Of a stretch of DNA of 64,000 bases, positions 1-8,159 are shown piece by piece. Position numbers and translations under genes: made by a program. Source of the DNA: an uncultured Oligoflexus sp. GTDB lineage: Bacteria; Bdellovibrionota_B; Oligoflexia; Oligoflexales; Oligoflexaceae. The DNA is taken from contig CAXSGP010000007.1 in assembly GCA_964236955.1 (NCBI GenBank), positions 1 through 64,000 of the forward strand, read 5' to 3'. Below the pieces are notes generated by a model. That model was not told where the DNA came from. It did not search any database and worked only from the letters and a program-made list of their open reading frames with translations. The stretch's first letter is position 1. The number at the start of each line of letters is the position of its first letter.

Positions 1-71
1 GGCGCCGACCGGATTCGAACCGGTATGGTACGCATTTGCAATGCGTTGCGTAGCCGTTCCGCCACAGCGCC
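1..71 (-). tRNA. tRNA-Cys (GCA); discriminator/CCA would lie just outside the window
   Basis: Reverse complement GGCGCTGTGGCGGAACGGCTACGCAACGCATTGCAAATGCGTACCATACCGGTTCGAATCCGGTCGGCGCC: acceptor stem GGCGCTG/CGGCGCC, anticodon stem ACGCA/TGCGT with loop TT-GCA-AA, T-loop GTTCGAAT. Confidence 0.95.
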
Positions 72-173
72 CTTATATGAGGTTCTCTTTTATAACTTGG
101 AAGCTTAGGTCCCACAAGAATTATTTCTCATTGCGGGACTTTTCTTCCTAGGACCCTGCAAGTCAAAAAATTA

Positions 174-767
174 TCATTTCTTTTTGGCAGCAGCGTTCGT
201 GGCTGGTGCACCCACAGCAGCCGTCGTCTCAAATTTAGTCGTGACCGTCACGGTATCCGCAACAGTCACTCCCGCGTATTTTGGAACGGTGATTTTAAAT
301 TCTTCCAAACCAATAGGAAATTCAGCTTCTACAAAACTCTTTCCGCCGTCATTTTTAAAAGAGGCTGTCCCCTCAACGGGCTTTTCACTGCCATGAAAAT
401 TCAAAGTACCTTTAAAAGGCTTCTTCGCATCTCCATCTTTTCCGCTCGTATCAAACTTGGTGAGTTTCAGAACAGCGTCAGGATATTTTGCGACTTCGAA
501 ATAATTCTTCCTCATATGCTCGTCGCGCATGTCGATGCCGGTAGCGAATTTAGCCATTGGCACCGTAATATCGCCCGTCAGAGCCTTGCCATCATTTTCC
601 AGGTTGCCCTTACAGTCCGCGCCGGTCCCATTGATCTTCAAAAAGCCTGGCTTGCCTTGTGCCAAAAAATTGACGGAGCAATTGCTGATTTTGAGCGGAG
701 CTGCCGACCCAGCTGATGCTGCAAAAAGGCTGAGCACGCTGATTTTGAGCAGGTTTGACTTAAACAT
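174..767 (-). CDS. YceI-family (lipid/polyisoprenoid-binding) periplasmic protein
   Basis: Start moved to MFKSN (ATG at 767 after GGGAGA); signal peptide; TGIDMRDEHMR..YFEVAKYP and GTLNFHG motifs typical of YceI. Confidence 0.85.
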   Translation of the reverse strand: MFKSNLLKISVLSLFAASAGSAAPLKISNCSVNFLAQGKPGFLKINGTGADCKGNLENDGKALTGDITVPMAKFATGIDMRDEHMRKNYFEVAKYPDAVLKLTKFDTSGKDGDAKKPFKGTLNFHGSEKPVEGTASFKNDGGKSFVEAEFPIGLEEFKITVPKYAGVTVADTVTVTTKFETTAAVGAPATNAAAKKK

Positions 768-925
768 TGAATTCTCCCGATTTTTTTCTGACAAGCCGTT
801 TGCGCCTGATAGCTCTATATTATCACCTGGGGGAACATTCCTCGAATAATATTTCCGCTTGGCTTTTCGAACAACGAAATCCATCTTAGGCAGGAATAGA
901 ATCGCCATAGGAAGGCCGTTAAAAT

Positions 926-1336
926 ATGTCATTTATTCAAGATTTTAAGAAATTTGCAGTCCGCGGCAATGTCATCGATCTCGCTACGGGTGTCATCATC
1001 GGTGCCGCCTTCGGCAAAATCGTCTCGTCCCTAGTGGAAAACATTCTTATGCCACCCATTGGCTACATGATGAGCGGTATTAATTTCAGTGATCTCGCCA
1101 TCACCCTGCGCGAAGCCACAGCAACCAGCCCCGCCGTTGTCATCGGCTATGGTAAATTTTTACAATCCAGCGTCGATTTTATTATTATCGCACTTTGTGT
1201 CTTCGGACTGATCCAATTCATCCAGCGCCTGAAACGAAAAGACGAAGCCGTTCCCGCGATGGTTGCTGCCGAGCCGACCAAGGCAGAACTCACCCTACTG
1301 GAAATAAGGGATCTCCTAAAGCAACAAAGAGTCTAG
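926..1336 (+). CDS. mscL: Large-conductance mechanosensitive channel
   Basis: [31 protein letters not shown] and LLEIRDLL. Confidence 0.97.
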   Translation: MSFIQDFKKFAVRGNVIDLATGVIIGAAFGKIVSSLVENILMPPIGYMMSGINFSDLAITLREATATSPAVVIGYGKFLQSSVDFIIIALCVFGLIQFIQRLKRKDEAVPAMVAAEPTKAELTLLEIRDLLKQQRV

Positions 1337-1391
1337 AAATTCCTACTCAAGTGGAGATCCCCTCGATCTCCGTTCACCCTAACCGGCTGCA

Positions 1392-1763
1392 TCACTTACA
1401 ACAGCGCGCAATAACCTCACAACCATTTCCTATACACCACGCCCGACAGCCTTGCGACCCACATTGAAAATCATTGACGTGATTTATCACAATTTCATGA
1501 TCGCCTTGAATATCGACGCGGGCGAGGCCCGTTGCAACCATCCCTTGCGGACAGCTCGACCAGGGGCTCCATTTATTTACAGTACCTGTAACGGAATTAC
1601 CATCGCTGCATTCCAGTTTTCTTGTTTGCAGCTCTTTGACCTGCGCTTTAAGCGTCTCAATGTCTTTTAGAACTTGAGGAGTATCGACAGTACCTGGTGA
1701 AGTCTCAGCAAAAAGATTCATTGAACTCATGACACAAAACAAAACCATAAACAATCTAAGCAC
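1392..1763 (-). CDS. Small secreted protein: signal peptide, short coiled coil, 8-Cys head (resistin-like architecture)
   Basis: GTG start after AAAGGA; hydrophobic N-terminus; heptads VLKDIETLKAQVKELQ; LEC..CPQGMVATG..ARCCK. Confidence 0.75.
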   Translation of the reverse strand: MLRLFMVLFCVMSSMNLFAETSPGTVDTPQVLKDIETLKAQVKELQTRKLECSDGNSVTGTVNKWSPWSSCPQGMVATGLARVDIQGDHEIVINHVNDFQCGSQGCRAWCIGNGCEVIARCCK

Positions 1764-1825
1764 GTCGTCATCCTTTATTTAAAAAAGCCAAAGGTTTTAT
1801 AATAGCTGTCCTAGCGCCGGCCCTC

Positions 1826-2965
1826 TTAAGCCTTCTCTCTCAAATGAGACTGTTTCTCCAAGTCCTCTAATTTACGATTCATATAGCTCATGAATAGAGG
1901 AGGCACCAGGGCCATCATCATCATAGTCATATAGCCAAAGGGCAAAGTCGGTCCGCCCGGATTTGCCTCAAGCTTCCAAAAAGGGAGCTGCGCCTTAGCA
2001 TGATGATGGGGATGTCGCGGCAGATTATAGAGCCAATAGAGGGAAAATCGGGCATTGCAATTCCAACTGTGTAGCGCTTCCACAGCATGACCTGGCGTGC
2101 GCTCCAGTCCGTAATGCTCGATATAATTAATAAGTTCCAAATAAAGCTTGGCAGAACATGCAATCATCAGAAATGACAGGATGCCCATCGCACCCTGGGC
2201 CACCACAAAAAGGCCCATAACAACTAGGCTCATCAATTGGCCACGCAAAAATATATTATGATGTCCCCAAGGCGGCCCAAGCTTTCTCTTTTTCAGACGC
2301 CTTTTTTCGATATCCCAAGCCCCAAGATAGCCACCGATTGTCGATCGCGGAAGAAATCGCCAAAAGCTTTCACCCCTTCGCGAACTAGCCGGATCATTCG
2401 GAGTGGCAACTTTTGCGTGATGACCATAGACATGTTCGATAGAAAACGAGGTATCGCAGCTTAAGGCCAGGAGCCAACGGCCAACGGTTACACTTTTCCT
2501 GTCCCAAACCCTATGAACAAGTTCATGAGCAACAACGGTCCCTGACCCAGCAATAAGCATCCCCAGGCTGAAGTAGCCTCCAAAAGAGTCAGACAGGGAA
2601 CGCGCTTTTTTTACAATAGAAATATCCATGCCCAGGAATGCCTTAACTCCAGCGCCAAGCCCCAAAAAATCCCCGTCGCTCATTTGCCAATTAAAGCAAA
2701 CGACGTTGAGATAAAGTAAAGGAAGAGTCAAAAAGAGAAAGGTATTCATAAGCCAAGGCTTCGCTTGAGCGTGGGATCCCAGGTCATCCGGAAGATAGAT
2801 ATCGAAAGTTAATGCCGCCAGCACCAGAAAAACAAATCCCAGCCACAGCCAGACCCCTCCCGCCAGATAGCTGATCGCCGTGAACACAAGGAAGACGCTG
2901 AATAAACTGTGCCTTAGCATACGTATGGGCTGCCTCCAGAGGACTGGAATTAAAATTATAATCAT
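1826..2965 (-). CDS. alkB: Alkane 1-monooxygenase (AlkB-family membrane di-iron hydroxylase)
   Basis: His boxes HELVH, EHVYGHH, NYIEHYG, RHPHHH; PTLPFGY; several TM segments; exact start uncertain. Confidence 0.9.
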   Translation of the reverse strand: MIIILIPVLWRQPIRMLRHSLFSVFLVFTAISYLAGGVWLWLGFVFLVLAALTFDIYLPDDLGSHAQAKPWLMNTFLFLTLPLLYLNVVCFNWQMSDGDFLGLGAGVKAFLGMDISIVKKARSLSDSFGGYFSLGMLIAGSGTVVAHELVHRVWDRKSVTVGRWLLALSCDTSFSIEHVYGHHAKVATPNDPASSRRGESFWRFLPRSTIGGYLGAWDIEKRRLKKRKLGPPWGHHNIFLRGQLMSLVVMGLFVVAQGAMGILSFLMIACSAKLYLELINYIEHYGLERTPGHAVEALHSWNCNARFSLYWLYNLPRHPHHHAKAQLPFWKLEANPGGPTLPFGYMTMMMMALVPPLFMSYMNRKLEDLEKQSHLREKA

Positions 2966-3131
2966 TTTACCCGGCTATTCGAACTTTACCAAGTTCTGAC
3001 CGGTGAGTCTCGCGTATTACCCACTCGGCGAGAGTCGCAATCCTTCAGAGGCTGCAAGGAACCTGATACAATAATCTATGTACCGACCCCTATTCCAATC
3101 GTCCCATTCCCCTTCCTCAGGAAAATTGAAA

Positions 3132-3611
3132 ATGACCCGTCGCACCTGCCAATACCTTACTTTTTCGCTTGACCACCACCTCTTTGCGATCCCCGCAAAC
3201 ACCGTGCGCGAAATCAATCAAATATCGAAGCTGACGATTGGAAACCTCAATAGTCCCAATGCCGATCTCGCACTTCGTGACGCCATTATTCCACTCGTCG
3301 ATTTTCGCAGCAAACTGGGCTTGGAAAGTCGCGCCGGCAACGACGAAATCTCTGTGGTCGTTATCGATTGTCCTGAACAAAGAATGGGTATTCAGGTCGA
3401 TTCCGTACATAGCGTCATCGATCTTCCCTCCCTCCAATGGGAAGATCCGGTACCCGATCAAGAGCCGGTATTTTTTGAAAGGATCCTCATTCAAGGCCAC
3501 AGCCTGATCCTTGTTAACATCCTCTTGTGCCTTGATAAAAAGCATTTAAATGCCAACGTCGCAAACGCTTTCCGCGGTGTAGCCACGCCTAAGGACATTC
3601 GAGTGTCATGA
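3132..3611 (+). CDS. cheW: CheW-like coupling protein (orphan)
   Basis: QYLTFSL..FAIP..VREI, LRDAIIPLVDFR..LGL, MGIQVDSVHSV; start taken at MTRRT. Confidence 0.75.
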   Translation: MTRRTCQYLTFSLDHHLFAIPANTVREINQISKLTIGNLNSPNADLALRDAIIPLVDFRSKLGLESRAGNDEISVVVIDCPEQRMGIQVDSVHSVIDLPSLQWEDPVPDQEPVFFERILIQGHSLILVNILLCLDKKHLNANVANAFRGVATPKDIRVS

Positions 3612-3782
3612 TCCACCTCAAAGGCTGGATGGTCGTTCACAAAGAGGCGAATACCTGTTACTCATTCACAAAAATGAGCATCAGATTGTCGAGCCATGAA
3701 AGTATGAGATGCATTATTTGGGGAAAAGGGCGGGGAATCTGCCCGGGAAACCAAGTCCCGAACTCTTTCGTGAAGCCAAAAA

Positions 3783-4451
3783 TCAAGACAAGATGTCAAA
3801 GGTCCCACCTTTGACAAGACCTCTTTGATAAGCTGGCCTGGCGTGAATTCTCTCCAAGAAAGCCACAAGCATGGGACGTGCCGTAGCTCCCCCACGGGCG
3901 ACTCCCGCTTCAACGACAAAACTCATCTGTATGTCGGCGGCGGTAAACTCATTGCCCGTAAACCAGCGGTAGTTTTCCAGATGCTTTTCCATATAATCGA
4001 AATGCATTTTTATCTGCGGGTTCACGAAAGACTTCTTCACCTTGTCGGCAATTCCTTTGACGATTGGCTTCATAAAAAACGGCATAGGAGCCCTAGGCAT
4101 GCGCGTAAATACGAGACCCATAAGCAGGGGCGACATTGCCGAACCTTCGGCGTAGTGAAGAAAATAGGTAAAAAGCAGACGCTCGGGCGTATCAGGTGCC
4201 GGCCTGAGTGCACCTTTGCCATGTCTATCCAAAAGATATTCTATAATGGCGCCCGATTCGGCGACGACTCGACCGTCTTCGCTGATAACCGGACTTTTTC
4301 CCAGGGGATGAACCGCACGCAACTCGGGAGGGGCAAGCATAGTCTGGGGATCCCGTTCGTAGCGCTTGATCTCATAGGGAAGATTGAGTTCTTCAAGAAG
4401 CCAAATAATACGCTGGGAACGAGAATTATTGAGATGGTGAAGAACGATCAT
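3783..4451 (-). CDS. Glutathione S-transferase
   Basis: HHLNNSRSQRIIWLLEEL, HPLGKSPVI, ESGAIIEYL, FTAADIQMSF. Confidence 0.95.
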   Translation of the reverse strand: MIVLHHLNNSRSQRIIWLLEELNLPYEIKRYERDPQTMLAPPELRAVHPLGKSPVISEDGRVVAESGAIIEYLLDRHGKGALRPAPDTPERLLFTYFLHYAEGSAMSPLLMGLVFTRMPRAPMPFFMKPIVKGIADKVKKSFVNPQIKMHFDYMEKHLENYRWFTGNEFTAADIQMSFVVEAGVARGGATARPMLVAFLERIHARPAYQRGLVKGGTFDILS

Positions 4452-4486
4452 AAGCCTTAACTCCCGAATAAGAAAAAGTCAGTGGC

Positions 4487-5128
4487 TTAATCCCTATCAT
4501 GAGCGGCTTCTCTCTTACCAGCCAAAGAAATAGGCCTTTTATTCTCAAGAGGCATAGCATGAACGACCGCATCAAAGATCTCTGTCGTCGACAAAAAGCC
4601 TTTCATAGCACCGTTTTTTACATCCTCAATCGCAATTTCGCCGGCGGCATGAAGGTCAGCAAGCCGACGACAGAAATAAGGCCAGCGCAACCGTGCTTTG
4701 CTACCTCGCCGCAAAAATTCACTGGGCCAGTCCTTTGGCAGGTGACCGGACACTTGATTTCCGCCGAGCGTGGAACCCTCGATAACGTAGGCCAAGCCCC
4801 AAAACTGGGAGCGATTCTTTATATCAGGAAGCAGATGCGTATAACGTTCGGCAAACGAAAAGTCGTCACCGTCGGGAAGACGTTCGAGATCAGCCTGAAG
4901 CGCGGTACCCCAGGATTCATACTCAAGAACCTTAATATCCTCGCCGCCAAGATATTCCGCTGCCTTTGCAGCTGCGAGGTGAACCAAAAGAGAAAACGTC
5001 TGAAGAAAACTTTGATAGGCCGGCTGCCTACCCTGACTCATAAATTGGACGAGAAGCGGATGATCATCCAACGACAAATGAATTGCCTGAGTCACGACCC
5101 GAACTTCGTTAAGAGTATTCATTCGCAC
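4487..5128 (-). CDS. Biliverdin-producing heme oxygenase (BphO/PigA-like)
   Basis: T.AIH proximal His region; WGLAYVIEGSTLGG distal-helix motif; W..F and GA..GF C-terminal motifs. Confidence 0.8.
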   Translation of the reverse strand: MRMNTLNEVRVVTQAIHLSLDDHPLLVQFMSQGRQPAYQSFLQTFSLLVHLAAAKAAEYLGGEDIKVLEYESWGTALQADLERLPDGDDFSFAERYTHLLPDIKNRSQFWGLAYVIEGSTLGGNQVSGHLPKDWPSEFLRRGSKARLRWPYFCRRLADLHAAGEIAIEDVKNGAMKGFLSTTEIFDAVVHAMPLENKRPISLAGKREAAHDRD

Positions 5129-5136
5129 CTCTCGGT

Positions 5137-5571
5137 TTAATTGGATAGTGCCGCTGCATGAGCCTTTAGCTCGCTGTCCCTGACCGGACGGCCACAGTAA
5201 AAGAGAATCCTTTTCACCAGGTCATCAAGAGCAATGGGCTTGACCAGATAGCCATCAAAACCAGCAGAAGCGAGGGCATCAGCAAGATTATCCCAAGAGT
5301 GACCCGAAAGGGCGACGATCTTGCCTTTATAACCGTCCTTTCGCAACTGAATCACAGCCTCCATGCCATCTACATTCGGCATTTCCAAATCCATCAAGGT
5401 GATGTCGAAGGTCGTGGCGGCCATTTTCTCAACTGCCTCGACTCCGTCTTTAGCCGTGGCAACACTGGCACCGTAACGGCCCAGTAAACGCGAGAACAAA
5501 ACTCGAATGTCCTCAGCATCTTCAACAACCAGTATTTTTAGAGACTCTAAAACTTTTCCATTGGTATCCAT
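5137..5571 (-). CDS. Single-domain response regulator (receiver)
   Basis: KILVVED, LMDLEMPNVDG, ALSG, GFDGYLVKP; start at MDTNG after GGAG. Confidence 0.92.
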   Translation of the reverse strand: MDTNGKVLESLKILVVEDAEDIRVLFSRLLGRYGASVATAKDGVEAVEKMAATTFDITLMDLEMPNVDGMEAVIQLRKDGYKGKIVALSGHSWDNLADALASAGFDGYLVKPIALDDLVKRILFYCGRPVRDSELKAHAAALSN

Positions 5572-5930
5572 GTTGTTCTCCAACCTAGACAGACTTTTCC
5601 CAAAGACGGGCACAGAACCTACCTAATATGACATATGGATCTATTTCGATACAGGCTTAGATTTATCATTATTGAATATTTTCAAGCTTTTAAAACCTAA
5701 AACAGCAGAAAATTCGAAACATAAAATCTTTAACTGTAGTCGAAAATGTACAGCTCCACCACTGGTTTACGTTGACTTGCAAGGGCCTCCACTTCGGCTC
5801 GAGCTTGGGCCTTCTTAAAGTCAAATCATGCTTGAAAGAGTCGATTCCTATGAGTCCACCTTGAAAGAGCCCGGGGGCTAATCTCAGAGTAGGCCATCAT
5901 TCCATTCATGCGTCGCTCGGACTGGACTAA

Positions 5931-5946
5931 TGCAAAAGCTGAGCCA
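5931..5946 (-). promoter_or_regulatory. Putative sigma54 -24/-12 promoter
   Basis: Minus strand TGGCTCAGCTTTTGCA = GG-N10-GC in TGGC/TTGCA context, oriented toward the receiver/heme oxygenase genes. Confidence 0.4.
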
Positions 5947-6102
5947 CGCCCCTGTCCAGTGGACTTGACCTTTGCCAGTCTTTCTGACGAAACCGTCTTA
6001 CAAAAATCTCCCGAATTTTCCTGCCCTCAATCTTAAAAAAAAGGGAAACAGCTGAAACTCAGATTCCTTGCCTTGAAAAGCCGGAAAACACCGCCTTCGC
6101 CC

Positions 6103-7398
6103 TTAAAACGCATAATAACGATCTGCCAGGAATACGCCTTGAATTCTGCCGTGGAGCCTTTCACCGAGAAAGCAGCTATTTTTCGACAGACTATAGAGAT
6201 CATCTTCGGTCACCGCTTCACAGCTGTCGCGATTAACGAGGACTGCGGCCATAGGCCGATCGATCCTAATGTCGCCAAAATCCTCCTCTAATCCAAGAAA
6301 GCGAGCCGGTTGACTTGAAAAGACCTGCACCAGGCGCTCAGGCGACAATTCCCCTTTCTGCACCAGACTGAGCAGAACACGAAGACTGGTCTCCAGACCG
6401 GTAGTCCCGAAGGCCGAGGTTTTAAAATTTTGACCCTTGGCGCTAGCTTCGTGCGGAGCATGATCGGTCGCAACGAAATCGATCCCGCCGTCGGCCAGTG
6501 CTCTTCGGAGCGCACGTTTGTCATTTGCTCCACGCAACGGTGGGTTCATTTTAAAGGAAGTTGCATCGGATTTGATTTCATCACTTGAGAACCACAGATG
6601 ATGGGGAGTGACCTCGCAGCTGACTTGAAGCCCTTGCGCTTTCGCTGCAGAAACCAGCTCCAATGTCTCATGAGCGGAAACATGAAGCACATGGTAGCGA
6701 GCTTTGGGATATTCCTTGAGAAGTTTAATATCGCGAGCAACCATATCCGCCTCGGCAGCGGCTGGATAGGCCGGGATACCAAGCTGTTCCTGCAAGGGAC
6801 CAGCCGCGAGAACCCCACCATGCCCAGGAAATTCCGCATGCTGAAGGATAGGCAGGCCCGTCTTCTGACTTGCGTCAAAGGCGAGGCGCATCAAATCATC
6901 ATCGACGACGCCTAGCCCGTCATCGGTAAAGGCTTTTACGCCCCAGGTGGCTAATTCCTGAAATGGCGCTGCTGACTTCCCTTTCAGAGACTGGGTAATC
7001 GATCCGGTTAGATAGGCTTTTACACCCGTGATATGTTCCGCTTCCTCGAGCTCCAGAACCGCAGCTTCACAGACCTCGATGGAATCGATGACGGGCTTGG
7101 TATTCGGCATGGAAAGCACCGCACCAATGCCGCCTCTTAGCGCTGCAAGCAGGCCGGTGCCTGCCGTTTCTTTCTCAGCTTGGCCGGGTACTCTCAAGTG
7201 AACCTGAGGGTCGACGCCGGCAGGCAATAAGGTCCAGCCCCGGCCATCAATGAGATGCGCGGTTTTCGGGACTGATATATGCTTTTCAATAGCTTTGATT
7301 CGACCGTCAAGAATCTCAAGATCACACTGGACGATGACCTCGCGCGCTGTCCACAATTCCACGTTCTTGATCACGTAGTGCTCATAAGCGTGATACAT
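6103..7398 (-). CDS. pyrC: Dihydroorotase (amidohydrolase family)
   Basis: DPQVHLRVPG, MPNTKP, FTDDG, CEVTPHHL, KMNPPLR, ATDHAPH. Confidence 0.88.
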   Translation of the reverse strand: MYHAYEHYVIKNVELWTAREVIVQCDLEILDGRIKAIEKHISVPKTAHLIDGRGWTLLPAGVDPQVHLRVPGQAEKETAGTGLLAALRGGIGAVLSMPNTKPVIDSIEVCEAAVLELEEAEHITGVKAYLTGSITQSLKGKSAAPFQELATWGVKAFTDDGLGVVDDDLMRLAFDASQKTGLPILQHAEFPGHGGVLAAGPLQEQLGIPAYPAAAEADMVARDIKLLKEYPKARYHVLHVSAHETLELVSAAKAQGLQVSCEVTPHHLWFSSDEIKSDATSFKMNPPLRGANDKRALRRALADGGIDFVATDHAPHEASAKGQNFKTSAFGTTGLETSLRVLLSLVQKGELSPERLVQVFSSQPARFLGLEEDFGDIRIDRPMAAVLVNRDSCEAVTEDDLYSLSKNSCFLGERLHGRIQGVFLADRYYAF

Positions 7399-7486
7399 AA
7401 TGAGTGCTCCTGGCTACTGGTAGACAAACTGGGCACAGCATACATCTAAGACCGGCTTTCCGGCAAGGACGTAGCTCTAAGTATCA

Positions 7487-7515
7487 TTGACAGAAGCCGT
7501 GCTCTCGGGAAGAAT
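7487..7515 (+). promoter_or_regulatory. Putative sigma70 promoter of asparaginase gene
   Basis: TTGACA-N17-AAGAAT, followed by AGGAGAGG SD before ATG 7545. Confidence 0.5.
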
Positions 7516-7544
7516 CCGGGATGAAATCAAAAGGAGAGGCAGGT

Positions 7545-8033
7545 ATGGCCGAAAAGATCAAAATCATCACAACGGGTGGAACCATCGACAAGGTTTACTT
7601 TGATGCGTTAAGTGACTACCAAGTCGGCGAGCCCAGCATCGGTCAAATCCTTGAAGAAGCTAATGTTGAACTTGACTACTCAGTTCATCAGGTATGCAAA
7701 AAAGACAGCCTAGATCTTACCGATGAGGATAGAAAAGCCATTGCCGACGCGGTAAGTGCCGCAAAGGAAAACCGCATTCTCATTACCCACGGTACCGATA
7801 CTATGATCAAGACGGCGAAATTCCTACGGGGAATCGCCGGTAAAACCATAGTCTTCACGGGTGCTATGAATCCTACCAAAATTCGCAATTCCGATGCTTT
7901 TTTCAATGTTGGATGTGCAATTATAGCAGTTCAGACGCTTCCCTCTGGGATTTATATCGCGATGAACGGGCAAATTTTGAATCCCGAACACGTTGTGAAA
8001 AACCGTAGCCATCAGCGCTTCGAAGCCATTTAA
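7545..8033 (+). CDS. Short asparaginase-domain protein
   Basis: TTGGTIDK and ITHGTDTM catalytic Thr motifs, FTGAM, SDAFFNVG. Confidence 0.92.
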   Translation: MAEKIKIITTGGTIDKVYFDALSDYQVGEPSIGQILEEANVELDYSVHQVCKKDSLDLTDEDRKAIADAVSAAKENRILITHGTDTMIKTAKFLRGIAGKTIVFTGAMNPTKIRNSDAFFNVGCAIIAVQTLPSGIYIAMNGQILNPEHVVKNRSHQRFEAI

Positions 8034-8159
8034 GTTCTTGGTTGGCGGGTCAATCCTATTGTATCAATTTTTATTGTTATTATATTGAGCCGCGTAGTTA
8101 GAACGAAATACCGGCGCGAAAGCGCAATATCCCCAAGAAACGACATTTGGTATAAGGCA

